From positions 1 through 64,000 of IMG/VR virus record IMGVR_UViG_3300025118_000005: a stretch of 64,000 bases of DNA; one strand, 5' to 3'. The position numbers and the translations under genes are program-made. This DNA is from a virus. Positions 37,617 through 48,423 of the stretch are shown piece by piece. Under the pieces are notes generated by a model that saw only the letters and a program-made list of their open reading frames with translations, did not search any database and was not told where the DNA came from. The stretch's first letter is position 1, and each line of letters starts with the position of its first letter.

Positions 37617-38336
37617 ATGAAAATAAGTAATTCACATAAGTTTATTTTTTTATCTAACCCGAAGTGTGGCTCTAGTTCACTAAGGAGGACTTTATATCCT
37701 TATAGTCAGATAGACGCGCATAGTTTATATAAAAATGCTCCGTCGGGAAATAAAGAAATTATAAAACAAAATTTCATTAATATACTACATATAAGCGCTA
37801 AGGAGCTTAAGCACAGTATTAATCAATCAAACCTTCCTGATATATGGGACGAGTATTATACATTTAGTACAGTTAGAAATCCTTGGAGAAAAATGGTTTC
37901 TTGGTACTTTTTCCTTCAGCCCGATAAAAATATGTTAACGATACTAGATGCTCGTAACGCCTATGATATAGACTCTGCCTATACTCCGCACTTTAATGAT
38001 TTTGTAGACCATTTGGCCAATAACGCCCGAGAGACCCTTCTTCCTAGTTATGATTTCTTTTTTAAAGACTGGGATACCGGAGCGGAACTTATGGATGATG
38101 TTTTTAAACTGGAAGACCTAGACGCTACGCTCCCTCCCCGTCTCGAAGAAAAGACAGGCCTTAAGCTGGAGACTCCCTTGCCTAATTATATGCCAGATTT
38201 TAAATTAGAAGCTCAATCCAAGCATGTTAAATTTAAAGGCGACCCTTACGATTTATACAACGAATCTTCCAAACAATTCGTTAGTGAGTTCTACAAAAGT
38301 GATATAGAAAAATTTGATTATTCCTTCGGAGAATAA
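37617..38336 (+). CDS. sulfotransferase family 2 protein
   Basis: FIFLSNPKCGSSS, VRNPW..MVSWY, KLEDL, YKSDIEKFDY. Confidence 0.85.
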   Translation: MKISNSHKFIFLSNPKCGSSSLRRTLYPYSQIDAHSLYKNAPSGNKEIIKQNFINILHISAKELKHSINQSNLPDIWDEYYTFSTVRNPWRKMVSWYFFLQPDKNMLTILDARNAYDIDSAYTPHFNDFVDHLANNARETLLPSYDFFFKDWDTGAELMDDVFKLEDLDATLPPRLEEKTGLKLETPLPNYMPDFKLEAQSKHVKFKGDPYDLYNESSKQFVSEFYKSDIEKFDYSFGE

Positions 38337-38344
38337 TTAGTCTC

Positions 38345-38512
38345 CTATTCAATTTCTCTGTGGTCTATTAACTTCAACAATGCGTAAGCTTTGTTATTAA
38401 TCATACTTAACTCGACACTAATCCCGGGGTCATCATGTTTACAAAAAGGAAAAGATATGTCTAGTATCTCGTTTATTAGTTTTTTTGCTTCTTCTTTACC
38501 GTCTTTGCTCAT
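38345..38512 (-). CDS. hypothetical protein
   Basis: Short minus-strand ORF with a CTGTA variant of the late motif upstream. Confidence 0.5.
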   Translation of the reverse strand: MSKDGKEEAKKLINEILDISFPFCKHDDPGISVELSMINNKAYALLKLIDHREIE

Positions 38513-38580
38513 GCTATATCTTACAGAAATAAGCACAAAAAATCAATAAAATATTGAAAAGTATGGTATAATATAATGTT

Positions 38581-38979
38581 ATGCTAAAGACATATTGTCA
38601 AAATTGCGGGTCATTAAATCAATACGTATCAGAAAAACCTAATTTTTGTAACAAGTGTGGAATTAAATTTTCTCACGCTTTAGCCACCTCTGATACAGAA
38701 CTTAAGGTCGACGCCTTCGGCGTGGTAGAAGAGGTCGTTGTCGATGACCCCGATCAAACCATAACAAATATTTTAAAACTGGGAGGGCTAGATGTAGAGA
38801 TAGATATGACCAATCGGCCCATAGGCGATACTGTCGGTAGCTTAATGGGAACTAGTGAAGAGGGCACCCATCCCGGATCGACCACGGGTATAGACGAAAA
38901 ATATACCATGGAAGATTTCGAGAGAGAGGCTGGCTCTGTGAGAAAACAAGACAGTGGAAATGAAAAAGAAGAAACCTAA
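38581..38979 (+). CDS. zinc-ribbon protein
   Basis: YCQNCG...PNFCNKCG followed by an acidic tail. Confidence 0.75.
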   Translation: MLKTYCQNCGSLNQYVSEKPNFCNKCGIKFSHALATSDTELKVDAFGVVEEVVVDDPDQTITNILKLGGLDVEIDMTNRPIGDTVGSLMGTSEEGTHPGSTTGIDEKYTMEDFEREAGSVRKQDSGNEKEET

Positions 38980-39685
38980 GAAAAAAACAGCGAAGAAGTC
39001 GGGGGAAAAGGAAAAAGGTTTTGAGGATTACATAGAAATTATCAATGAGGAAATATCAAAAAAAAGGTACAAATGGAATTTAACTTCTTTAGCTTGGCTA
39101 GATTTTGAAGATGTATCTCAGATATTGAGATTTCATATTTTTAAAAAATGGCACTTATATGACCAAAGCAAAAATATTAAGCCTTGGATAAGAACCATTA
39201 TAGCTAACCAAATAAAGAACTTAATTAGAAATAATTATACGAACTTTATTAAACCCTGTTCTCGATGCGAGGCTACTAGAGGAGAAGAGGGCTGCGAGAT
39301 TTACGAAAAACAATGTAGCGCTTGTCCTTTATATAAAAATTGGGAAAAAAATAAAAAAGCTGGCTTCGCGGCTAAGATGCCCGTGCCGCTTGAGAGCTAT
39401 AGGCAGGAAGCGTTCTATATTGAAAATAATCAGTCTTTGGATATAGAAAGGTGCGCGACGATATTACATGAGAAAATGGAGGAGGCATTAAAGCCTCATG
39501 AATGGAAAATTTATAAATATTTATACATAGACCATCTAGACGAATTAGCGGCCGCTAAAAAAATGGGGTATAAGACTTCGGAAAAAAATAGGTCTCCGGG
39601 GTACAAGCAGATTAAAAATGTCAAAAAAAGAATAATAGCTAAAGTAAAAGACTTAATAGAAAAAGACGAAATAGATATTTGGTGA
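38960..39685 (+). CDS. phage sigma-factor-like protein (probable late sigma) with Cys-rich insertion
   Basis: DFEDVSQ..R.HIFKK...YD...IKPWI..II.NQIKNL.R resembles sigma region 2; C-terminal region-4-like HTH; CxxC-x8-C-x6-CxxC insertion. Confidence 0.7.
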   Translation: MKKKKPKKKTAKKSGEKEKGFEDYIEIINEEISKKRYKWNLTSLAWLDFEDVSQILRFHIFKKWHLYDQSKNIKPWIRTIIANQIKNLIRNNYTNFIKPCSRCEATRGEEGCEIYEKQCSACPLYKNWEKNKKAGFAAKMPVPLESYRQEAFYIENNQSLDIERCATILHEKMEEALKPHEWKIYKYLYIDHLDELAAAKKMGYKTSEKNRSPGYKQIKNVKKRIIAKVKDLIEKDEIDIW

Positions 39686-39687
39686 TA

Positions 39688-40770
39688 ATGAAAATAAAAT
39701 TAACAAACCAACAAAAAAGAAACGTTCTGGAAGAATGGGACTCTAGAAAAAAGAATCCCCCCTCCCTTCTAGAACTAATTAGAGTCGCATATCCAGATCA
39801 ACCGCATTTAGACGGCAGGAGTAAAGAGGGTAAAAGCGTAAAGGCTTTCTTGGCTATGAAACAAATTAAAGCTCTGGCCTCTCATCAATATCAACCCAAA
39901 AAAATTGAGCTAACAGAAGAGCAAGAAGAATTTATTAACAACAACTTCGGTATGATGTCTGCTGTCGAAATGGCTAGAGTTTTGTTTAAGAATAATGAAT
40001 TGACTAATCTTAATCAGGAGTCTAGGGCTGTCGACGAGCACATTAAAACTTTAAATCCTACCGCCGCTTTTCAGCCTAGTCAAGTTCCCGAACAAGGATA
40101 TAAACCGCCCAAAACCATACCCGCGGCAATCACTAAGGTTAACCATTATGTTCTTGAGGGAATAGACAAAAATAAAATTACCCCCAAAAATAAAAAGGAT
40201 ATTAATAGTTTAATCGGTTATCTTCATACTTATAGATTCTTACATCAGATGAACGGTTATGAAAATCAAACTTCTAGAGAGCTTTTTGAAAGTAGCTTTG
40301 TTAGATATACTTATGATAAAAGCGATTTAATGCAAGAAGAGGTAGATCAATATATTGTACTTGCTACAGAAGTCGTTATCGCCTCAAATATCCAAAGAAG
40401 AGTGGAAAGACTTCAACAACATTTAGATAATGCCGCAGAAGACACAGAAGGAAGAAGGATCGCAATGGCTCTTGTTGATGCAATTAACACGGCGCAAACA
40501 GAATATAATCAATGCGTTAACCGCCAGCAAAAGCTTCTCGAAAGCCTAAAGGAAAAACGGAGCGACAAGCTAAAAAAACAAATTAAAGAAAATGCTAGTG
40601 TGCTTACTTTGGTTGAGATGTGGAGGGAAGAAGAAACTCGCAAGAAAATGATTGAGTTAGCCGAACGTCGAAAAATGGTCATAAAAAACGAAATCGAAAA
40701 TCTCACGTCTATGGACGAAGTTAAATCTAGAATTTTGGGAATATCAGAAGGAGAAATATTAGATGGATGA
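39688..40770 (+). CDS. hypothetical protein upstream of terminase (HTH plus coiled coil)
   Basis: Long ORF coupled to its neighbours; function not recognised. Confidence 0.7.
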   Translation: MKIKLTNQQKRNVLEEWDSRKKNPPSLLELIRVAYPDQPHLDGRSKEGKSVKAFLAMKQIKALASHQYQPKKIELTEEQEEFINNNFGMMSAVEMARVLFKNNELTNLNQESRAVDEHIKTLNPTAAFQPSQVPEQGYKPPKTIPAAITKVNHYVLEGIDKNKITPKNKKDINSLIGYLHTYRFLHQMNGYENQTSRELFESSFVRYTYDKSDLMQEEVDQYIVLATEVVIASNIQRRVERLQQHLDNAAEDTEGRRIAMALVDAINTAQTEYNQCVNRQQKLLESLKEKRSDKLKKQIKENASVLTLVEMWREEETRKKMIELAERRKMVIKNEIENLTSMDEVKSRILGISEGEILDG

Positions 40771-41734
40771 AAAACCAAAAATTATTTGCAAAATATGCGA
40801 AGACCGCTTCACCGATTATAAAGGCTTACATAGGCACTTAAGAGCTCATAATTGTTTGGTGGTAGACTACTATCATGCTTATTACCCTAGGAAAGACTTA
40901 TTAACTGGGGATTTAATTAAATTTAAAAATAGAAAACAATATCTTTATTCACATTTTAATACTCGGCACTCTATGAAAAAGTGGACTCAGGTCACGCCGA
41001 AAAAAGATGTTCGTAATTATTGTGAGTCTTATTTAAAAAGAAGAGCAAAGAAAAAAAAGTTAAAGTTCGCGCCTTGCGAGGTAGAAGCAAGGTCTCTCAT
41101 GTGCCCGCCCATTACATATCTTAATTCTACTTTCGACGACAATTATTATGGATATTGTTCGACAGAGCTCGGCTTAGAAAATAAATACACAAAATGGCCC
41201 GGGAAAATCTCTCTACCTTTTGACGCGCCAATAGACGCTATTAAAAAAATGCGTTATAAAATATATATTGACAGCAGAGAGCAAAAACCATTTAAGCTAT
41301 CATTTCCTACAGAAGTAAAAGCTTTGAAATACGGGGACTACGCATTAGATGACGATCGTCTTAGTGGAAATACTTATATAGAAAGAAAATCTATAACAGA
41401 TTTTATAGGGACTTTAAGTGGGGGGTATGATAGATTTGTTAAAGAAATAGAGCGGTCCGAAAAAGATAAAGTTAGATTAGTAGTATTAGTCGAAGAAAGT
41501 ATTAACGACTGTTTGTCATTTAAGCATTTACCTTATGTTTCAAAAAAAATAAAAGCTACGCCAGAATTTGTTTTTCATAATGTCCGGACACTTTTGCAGA
41601 CGTACAAAAACTTAGATTTTTTATTTGTCCGGGGGAGAAAAGAAGCGACAAGGGTAACTGAAAAATTACTTTTAAATGGCCGTGTTTATTCTAAGATAGA
41701 CCTGCAGCTAGCTTATGATATAAAAAAATTATAA
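40763..41734 (+). CDS. C2H2 zinc finger plus ERCC4 (XPF/Mus81-like) nuclease
   Basis: CKIC...LHRHLRAH; IDSREQ, GDY, IERKS..DF. Confidence 0.8.
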   Translation: MDEKPKIICKICEDRFTDYKGLHRHLRAHNCLVVDYYHAYYPRKDLLTGDLIKFKNRKQYLYSHFNTRHSMKKWTQVTPKKDVRNYCESYLKRRAKKKKLKFAPCEVEARSLMCPPITYLNSTFDDNYYGYCSTELGLENKYTKWPGKISLPFDAPIDAIKKMRYKIYIDSREQKPFKLSFPTEVKALKYGDYALDDDRLSGNTYIERKSITDFIGTLSGGYDRFVKEIERSEKDKVRLVVLVEESINDCLSFKHLPYVSKKIKATPEFVFHNVRTLLQTYKNLDFLFVRGRKEATRVTEKLLLNGRVYSKIDLQLAYDIKKL

Positions 41735-41735
41735 T

Positions 41736-43559
41736 ATGTGGTATTGTCCAGACAAATACATTAAAGACGTCCCCAACATCAACCAAGAGCTTCTAAAGCT
41801 AGAGGGGGCACTCACAGAAAAAGAGGCTAAAGTTTCTTTGGCTAAATTTTTAAGAAGTAATCTCGGATTTACGACAGAGCTCGTCTCCGGAATCAAACTC
41901 GCCCCATATCAAGAGATCACCTTAAAGGGGATGATGAACCGTAATTTTTCGATGTGTGTGTGGGGACGCGGCTGCGGTAAAACTTTTATCGCATCTATTT
42001 TTTGTTTTCTTCAATGTATCTTTTTTCCGGGGACTAAAATCCTTATCGCTGGCCCGACGTTTCGTACGGCCAGATTCATATTCGAAAATTTAGAAAAAAT
42101 TACCGAATCTAAAGGGGCGGAACTTTTAATGCAATGTTTCGGTGCAAAATCAAAACGCAATGATCAATTTAAATGGGACATTAACGGGGGGACAATTACA
42201 GCTATTCCTTTAAGCGGAGAAAAAATCCGCGGCTTTCGTGCAAACGTCCTTGTCCTCGATGAGTACCTTCTGCTTCCAGAAGACTTAATTAAAACAGTTT
42301 TAATGCCTTTTCTAGTAGCCCCGCAAGACATGAAAGAGCGAATAGAAATTAGAGAAATGGAAGACAGACTCATATCTGAAGGAAAAATGGAAGAGTCGCA
42401 TAGGATGGTTTTCGAAAATGATTCTAAAATGATAGCCTTATCTTCTGCGTCTTATACATTCGAAAATTTGTTCAAACAATATAAGGAGTGGATACAAAAA
42501 ATTAATAGCCCGGAAAAGGGGGACGCAGATTATTTTGTGTCTCAAATGGGATATGAATCTTTACCCGAACATATGATTGACCAGATAATCATTGAGGAAG
42601 CTAAAGAGGGAGGACAAAGCCACTCTAGTTTTCAGCGAGAATATTGCGCTCAATTTACTGACGGGTCAGATAGTTATTTTAGCGCTAAAAAAATGCACGA
42701 ATGTACTATCCCCGACGGAGAAAGTCCTACCTCAAAAATAGTAGGAGATAAAAATACAAAATATATTTTAGCTATCGATCCTAGCTTTTCAAATAGCCCG
42801 ACGTCTGATTACTTTGCGATGTCTATTTTAGAATTAGATGATCATACGAAACAAGGGACGCTAGTCCACAGTTATGCTGTCGCGGGAGGCGACTTGGGAG
42901 ATCATATACGTTATATGTATTATATAATTAAAAATTTCGATTTAGAGATGATCGTCATTGATAACGCGGGATACCAATTTATAGACAGTTGCAATGAAAA
43001 TGGATTATTTAAAAACGCTAAAATAGAATTAAAGTTTTTTGATTTTAATAGCGACGCCGAGGGGGAGGATTATGACAAGATGCTAGTCAAATCTCGTAGG
43101 GCGTACAACAAAGAGAATGGAGCAATTTGTTTTAAACAAGTTTTCACTTCTGATTTTATTAGAAGAGCGAACGAGCATCTTCAAGCTAATATAGATCATA
43201 AAAGAATATGGTTTGCGTCTAAAGCCGTGGCTAATGAAAAAGCCTTTAACAAATATTCCAGCCAAAGGATCACTCTAAAACACACTGGAGAGAAGAGCCT
43301 TATAGAGCTTATTGAAGGTCAGGACGCTCTTATCTATCAAACCAAAAAACAATGTGCCTTGGTTGAGGTTAAAACTACCGCTAGAGGAACGCAGACATTT
43401 GACCTTCCACAGCACCTAAAGCGTTCTACAAGCGCAAGTAGAGCTCGCAAAGATAATTATACTACCCTTATGCTCTCTAATTGGGGGATCAAGTGCTATT
43501 ATGATATGATGGGAATGCCCAAAGAAGATATTGGCACTTTTGTTCCAAGGATGCTATAA
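41736..43559 (+). CDS. terL: terminase large subunit
   Basis: LAPYQ, WGRGCGKT (Walker A), IRGFRA.VLVLDE (Walker B), FQREYCA.F, and nuclease-domain IDP...SD, KD. Confidence 0.9.
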   Translation: MWYCPDKYIKDVPNINQELLKLEGALTEKEAKVSLAKFLRSNLGFTTELVSGIKLAPYQEITLKGMMNRNFSMCVWGRGCGKTFIASIFCFLQCIFFPGTKILIAGPTFRTARFIFENLEKITESKGAELLMQCFGAKSKRNDQFKWDINGGTITAIPLSGEKIRGFRANVLVLDEYLLLPEDLIKTVLMPFLVAPQDMKERIEIREMEDRLISEGKMEESHRMVFENDSKMIALSSASYTFENLFKQYKEWIQKINSPEKGDADYFVSQMGYESLPEHMIDQIIIEEAKEGGQSHSSFQREYCAQFTDGSDSYFSAKKMHECTIPDGESPTSKIVGDKNTKYILAIDPSFSNSPTSDYFAMSILELDDHTKQGTLVHSYAVAGGDLGDHIRYMYYIIKNFDLEMIVIDNAGYQFIDSCNENGLFKNAKIELKFFDFNSDAEGEDYDKMLVKSRRAYNKENGAICFKQVFTSDFIRRANEHLQANIDHKRIWFASKAVANEKAFNKYSSQRITLKHTGEKSLIELIEGQDALIYQTKKQCALVEVKTTARGTQTFDLPQHLKRSTSASRARKDNYTTLMLSNWGIKCYYDMMGMPKEDIGTFVPRML

Positions 43560-43578
43560 TTAGTGTACTTATAAAAAG

Positions 43579-45699
43579 ATGAAAACAGGTCAAAATAGCT
43601 CAAAAAAGATCAAGCCAGAACCAAAGACCAAAACCCCAAGAAAAAGGGCGTCAAAACCTGATACTTCCGGTCAGCCTTTAATGGCAATGCATTCAAGCAC
43701 GGCGGCAACGACGACTAGAACCAGACGAAATAAAGCGGCAGGGATACAGCAGACTGATAGATTTGTAAACATTGATAAAGGTATGGTGCCGTTTAATTAT
43801 AGCACGACTGGGTATGGAAACAAAACCTCCAATATTGATGTAAGAGACGCCGTGGTTTTATGTCAAAAAGCCTATTATAATTTTTCTGTATTTAGAAACG
43901 CTATCGATATGATGGCAGAGTTTTCTTGTAGTGACATTTATCTTACGGAAGGAACGAAAAAGTCTAAAGAGTTTTTCTCCACTTTATTTAGCAAGGTTAA
44001 TATGTGGAGCCTTCAAGATAGATTTTTTAGAGAGTATTATAGGAGTGGGAATGTTTTTGTATATAGATTTGATTCTAAAATTTTAAAATCTGATTTAAAT
44101 AAAATGACTCGTACTTTCGGGCTATCCGCAGCAAATCAAAAGTATATTATCCCAGCTAGATACGTTGTCTTAAACCCCGCAGATATCCAAGTGGGAGGAA
44201 ATATCTCTTTCGCTGTTAATAAATATTATAAACGAATAAACGGCTATGAACTGTCAAGGCTTAGGAACCCGAGAACCGAAGAAGATAAAGAGGTCTACAA
44301 TGGTCTAGAGCCGGAGCTTCAAAAAGAAATCAAAACAAATAGTGAGGTCGCCATCCCCCTTAATGAAGAAAAAATTAATGCGGTCTTTTATAAAAAGCAA
44401 GATTACGAACCGCTTGCGGTTCCTATGGGCTACCCAGTGCTGGACGATATTAACTGGAAAGCGGAAATGAAAAAAATGGATATGGCCGTTTCTCGGACCA
44501 TGCAGCAAACCATTCTTCTTGTAACGATGGGCACAGACCCAGATAAAGGGGGAGTTAACCAACAAAATCTAGCGGCCATGCAAGACTTGTTTACAAATGA
44601 ATCTGTCGGTCGAGTTTTAATTGCAGATTATACTACCAAAGCGAGCTTCGTGGTTCCGGAAATTGGAAGTATCCTTGACCCCAAAAAATACGAAGTCGTT
44701 GATAAAGATATAGCCATGGGTCTTAGCGCCATTATCACAGGCGGAACAGAAAAATTTGCTAATCAATCAGTAAAGATAGAAATGTTTGTTGCTAGATTAA
44801 GACAAGCACGGAAAGCGTTTTTAAATCAATTTCTTATGCCAGAGATTAAAAGGATAGCGAAAGACTTAGGCTTTAAAGGTTATCCTACCGCACACTTTCA
44901 TAAATTGTCGATAAAGAATGATCCAATTCTTGCTAGAATTTACGCTAGGTTTGTTGAGATGGGAATTATGACTCCGGAAGAAGGCATGCAAGCTATTGAA
45001 AGTGGTAGGCTGCCGTTAAGTGAAGAGTCTGTAGAGTCTCAACAAGAATATAAAAAGTTGAGAAGTAAAGGTCTTTATGAGCCCATGGTGGGCGGGCCAG
45101 AAACTCAAAAAGACTTGTCGGATAGAACGCAAAAAGGGCAGATGGATCTTCAAAAAGAAAATATTAAGTCGCAAGAGAAAATGAATAAAGAAAAGATGAA
45201 AAGCGACGAAAAGAAGGCCGCACAAAAACCAGCAGGAGTGACGCCTCAAAAAAACGGAGCAAAGCCTGCGCCAAAGACAAAAAACGGACCGGCTGGAAGA
45301 CCCGGAGGAACAAGCTCTCCTCAAACAACTAAAAAAGTATCTCCCATAGGGGCAAAATATACCAAGGACGGTAAGGCATATAAATCATATAATTTCTTAC
45401 TAACTAAAGTTAAAGACTGCTTTATTGAAGCGGATAAGCTTAATAAGAAAGTAGAAACCTCATTAAAAAGAAAGCATAAAGTAAAAGAACTAAGTGAAGA
45501 TCAAAGAGCTATCGCTTTTGATATAACCAAAATAATTGTCGCTAACGAAGAGCCGAAGAACTGGAGCAGAAAAGCTAAAGATTATATAAAGAATCCGATA
45601 GACACGAATCCAGACAGAATTAAAGAAATTCAAATTATAGCAGCCGAGCATCAAGTCGATGATTATTTAGCCAGCATTTTATATATAAGCAAAGAATAA
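43579..45699 (+). CDS. portal protein
   Basis: Directly follows terL; portal-like size and motifs (FRNAIDMMAEF, YYRSGNVF, KKQDYEP.AVP); low-complexity tail. Confidence 0.78.
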   Translation: MKTGQNSSKKIKPEPKTKTPRKRASKPDTSGQPLMAMHSSTAATTTRTRRNKAAGIQQTDRFVNIDKGMVPFNYSTTGYGNKTSNIDVRDAVVLCQKAYYNFSVFRNAIDMMAEFSCSDIYLTEGTKKSKEFFSTLFSKVNMWSLQDRFFREYYRSGNVFVYRFDSKILKSDLNKMTRTFGLSAANQKYIIPARYVVLNPADIQVGGNISFAVNKYYKRINGYELSRLRNPRTEEDKEVYNGLEPELQKEIKTNSEVAIPLNEEKINAVFYKKQDYEPLAVPMGYPVLDDINWKAEMKKMDMAVSRTMQQTILLVTMGTDPDKGGVNQQNLAAMQDLFTNESVGRVLIADYTTKASFVVPEIGSILDPKKYEVVDKDIAMGLSAIITGGTEKFANQSVKIEMFVARLRQARKAFLNQFLMPEIKRIAKDLGFKGYPTAHFHKLSIKNDPILARIYARFVEMGIMTPEEGMQAIESGRLPLSEESVESQQEYKKLRSKGLYEPMVGGPETQKDLSDRTQKGQMDLQKENIKSQEKMNKEKMKSDEKKAAQKPAGVTPQKNGAKPAPKTKNGPAGRPGGTSSPQTTKKVSPIGAKYTKDGKAYKSYNFLLTKVKDCFIEADKLNKKVETSLKRKHKVKELSEDQRAIAFDITKIIVANEEPKNWSRKAKDYIKNPIDTNPDRIKEIQIIAAEHQVDDYLASILYISKE

Positions 45700-45703
45700 T
45701 AAC

Positions 45704-48412
45704 ATGTCTCGAAATAGAATTATCCATAATATACAAAATGTATTCGTGGGTTCTCCCGAGGACGAGACGGATAATTTGATTACTGGTATCGCTGGACACC
45801 AAGTCTTAAAACGCTTAAACAAAGTCCAGTCTATCAATTACAATATCGATCTACCTAAGGGTGATGCTGCCGTCTTAGGAAAATCCATTCCCTTTTCAAG
45901 AAAAGCAGATCAACCAGCGGAGGTCGGTCTTAGCATAGACTATTTATTAGACGGGGTTAATAACGAAAAAAGAATAGGCTTAAACACAGACAACGAAAAC
46001 GAAAATTCTGTTGACCGTAATAAGTCCATAGTTCACGATATGGCTACGGTGGGCACGAAGGACAAAAGAAATCTTTACTTGGTAGTTAATAATAAAGAGG
46101 GAGATATTAAACAGGGGAACTGGGATAGGGATATTATTTATACTTCAGATTTTAGTACGGATACTGATGGTTGGGGACAAAGTAATGGAACTAAGAGTCG
46201 TGTGGATCTGTACGGTGGGGAAACTAACGTGTTCAGGAGTAAAGGAAACACTACCGAAGATCCGCATGATGCATGGAAGCAGTATTTGTTCACGGTGGGG
46301 AAAAGATACAAAATATCAGGTAAATTTTATATTTCTGGCGGCAGCACTACTTATAAAGGAATGGTTATATACTTGGGATCGCAGAGCTCATATGAGGGCC
46401 AGAAGTTTCATTTCACGAAAACCTCGTCACCTTGGACTCCTATAACTATAGCAACATGGGTAGATTTTGAGTTTGAAGTTATTGCCGGTCACGAGAATAT
46501 TTATTTTTACCCTGTAGATACTAACGGACTCTCAGACTTCGCAGCGACAACCTCGGATGAATTTGGACTTAAAGATATTGTAGTAACAGAAATATATTCA
46601 ACTGACATTCCTCATGATGGATTTTATAATGGGACATTTGGTGAACTTGATGTTATCGATCCCAATAGCGCGGATTACTCTACCGTAATTTTTCAAAATT
46701 GTTACCTTACTAAATACGCTTTAAACTTAGAGGTCGGTTCTCTCCCCAATGTAAGTTTAGATTACGTCGGAGAAAACATAGTGGGTTACGCTTCCGGCAG
46801 TGGAGTTAATATTCCTTATTTGGATTTAAAAAAGGGAGAGATAACGAATACTGCTGCTAGTGTTTATACTTCAGATTTTAGTGCTAGCAAAGATGAATGG
46901 GAAGGAATTAGCCTTTCTGTGCTTGAAAATTATTCTTCTGAATCTACAGACGAGGGCTTTTCCTTATGCGCTAGGGCAGATACCTGCGCCGCAGGGTGCT
47001 CTCACTATATACGTCGTGATGACGTATTTGAGGCTGGAAAAAAATATAAAGTATCAGGGAAAATTCTTATAGCTAATACGTCTGCGAATATAGACTATGT
47101 GCGAGTTATTACTGCTGACACTGAAATTGCGAGAGTAACTGTAAAAAATTCGTGGGAAAGCTTTTCTGCTGAAGTTGCGGTATCAACCGCTTATGACCTA
47201 CAGTCCTTATTTTTCACTACGCACAAGTCGAACGGCAGTCAGATTTATACTGGTGGAAGCACCACAAGTACATATGATGCATTTTATGTTGCAGATATTG
47301 TAGTAACAGAAGTCAAAGAATTCATTGTCCCACGAAATTTTAGTGAAGCTGCTCTTTATGATAACGATTTTTTTGTAGCTCATGGAGATATTGGTATCAC
47401 AATTAGTCAAACGGACTTGAACTATACTTCTGACTGGAGCAAGGGGTCGGTGAATACAACGATCAATACTGATGGATGGGTTAGCGACGATGAGTTATTA
47501 GCTAATCATGACGGAGTAGCCGGAGAAGACGATACGCTTTGGATAAGGGGACAAGGTACGGACGGTAATCATTTTACATATAAGAACGGCGTGTTCGTGA
47601 AGGGAGAAAAATACAAAATAAGCGGTAAAATATACCTCGAGTCCTCATCAGTATCATATAAAAAAGTTGAAGTTATAAATGGAGCCACTTGCGGAGAAAA
47701 TGTTATATTTTCGTTCGATGAAACGTTATCAGATCAATGGGTGACTTTTGAAAAAGAATTCGTTGCTACTCAAGAGAATCTTCAAGTCAGATATCTTACG
47801 CTGCAAGGTGCCACTTATATATGTTCATTTTTAGACGTAGACTATACTTCCGCACAAAAGGACAGTATTTATCTTAAGGACTTTATAATAACGTCCCTGA
47901 CTCAAACCACCGGGTTCTATGATAATCATATCACAAGTTGTAGTATTTCTTCGAACTTTAATAGAGATAAAATAAGTTATATCGGTCACAAAATGGTCTC
48001 AGATAGACCGATACAACTACCTGCGGGAGCAGAGCTATCCTTTAGCACTACAGCTAAAGATAATATATCTGGCTCTTTTTTAGACGACATGAGGTTAGAT
48101 AAGGAGTATAATATAACGGTAGAGTTTAAGCACCACCCAAAGGAAAATCCGACGGATAACGTGTTAGCTAGATATATTTTGTCTGGGGCCAAGTTCGACG
48201 GTATAGATTATAGCAGCGCGATAGGAAGCAATAAGACTGCCAATATGAATTTTTCAACATACATGGACCTTGAGGCGGGAAGAAGCTGCGGACTTTTTAT
48301 AAGTGGAAAAGTAACCACGGCGGTTGCAGATTTGATAACAGAAAATGGAGATAACGTTACTGATAATAATTCTAATGAAATTATATCAATGCCGGTGTAT
48401 CCACAATACTAA
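45704..48412 (+). CDS. virion protein, tail-tube-like scaffold with three inserted beta-sandwich repeats
   Basis: N-terminus RNRII...VQSINYNI...LG resembles phage tail-tube-like proteins; three internal repeats YTSD[FW]S...G.KYK.SGK...W..FE.E...D. Confidence 0.55.
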   Translation: MSRNRIIHNIQNVFVGSPEDETDNLITGIAGHQVLKRLNKVQSINYNIDLPKGDAAVLGKSIPFSRKADQPAEVGLSIDYLLDGVNNEKRIGLNTDNENENSVDRNKSIVHDMATVGTKDKRNLYLVVNNKEGDIKQGNWDRDIIYTSDFSTDTDGWGQSNGTKSRVDLYGGETNVFRSKGNTTEDPHDAWKQYLFTVGKRYKISGKFYISGGSTTYKGMVIYLGSQSSYEGQKFHFTKTSSPWTPITIATWVDFEFEVIAGHENIYFYPVDTNGLSDFAATTSDEFGLKDIVVTEIYSTDIPHDGFYNGTFGELDVIDPNSADYSTVIFQNCYLTKYALNLEVGSLPNVSLDYVGENIVGYASGSGVNIPYLDLKKGEITNTAASVYTSDFSASKDEWEGISLSVLENYSSESTDEGFSLCARADTCAAGCSHYIRRDDVFEAGKKYKVSGKILIANTSANIDYVRVITADTEIARVTVKNSWESFSAEVAVSTAYDLQSLFFTTHKSNGSQIYTGGSTTSTYDAFYVADIVVTEVKEFIVPRNFSEAALYDNDFFVAHGDIGITISQTDLNYTSDWSKGSVNTTINTDGWVSDDELLANHDGVAGEDDTLWIRGQGTDGNHFTYKNGVFVKGEKYKISGKIYLESSSVSYKKVEVINGATCGENVIFSFDETLSDQWVTFEKEFVATQENLQVRYLTLQGATYICSFLDVDYTSAQKDSIYLKDFIITSLTQTTGFYDNHITSCSISSNFNRDKISYIGHKMVSDRPIQLPAGAELSFSTTAKDNISGSFLDDMRLDKEYNITVEFKHHPKENPTDNVLARYILSGAKFDGIDYSSAIGSNKTANMNFSTYMDLEAGRSCGLFISGKVTTAVADLITENGDNVTDNNSNEIISMPVYPQY

Positions 48413-48423
48413 AGGAATTAAAA

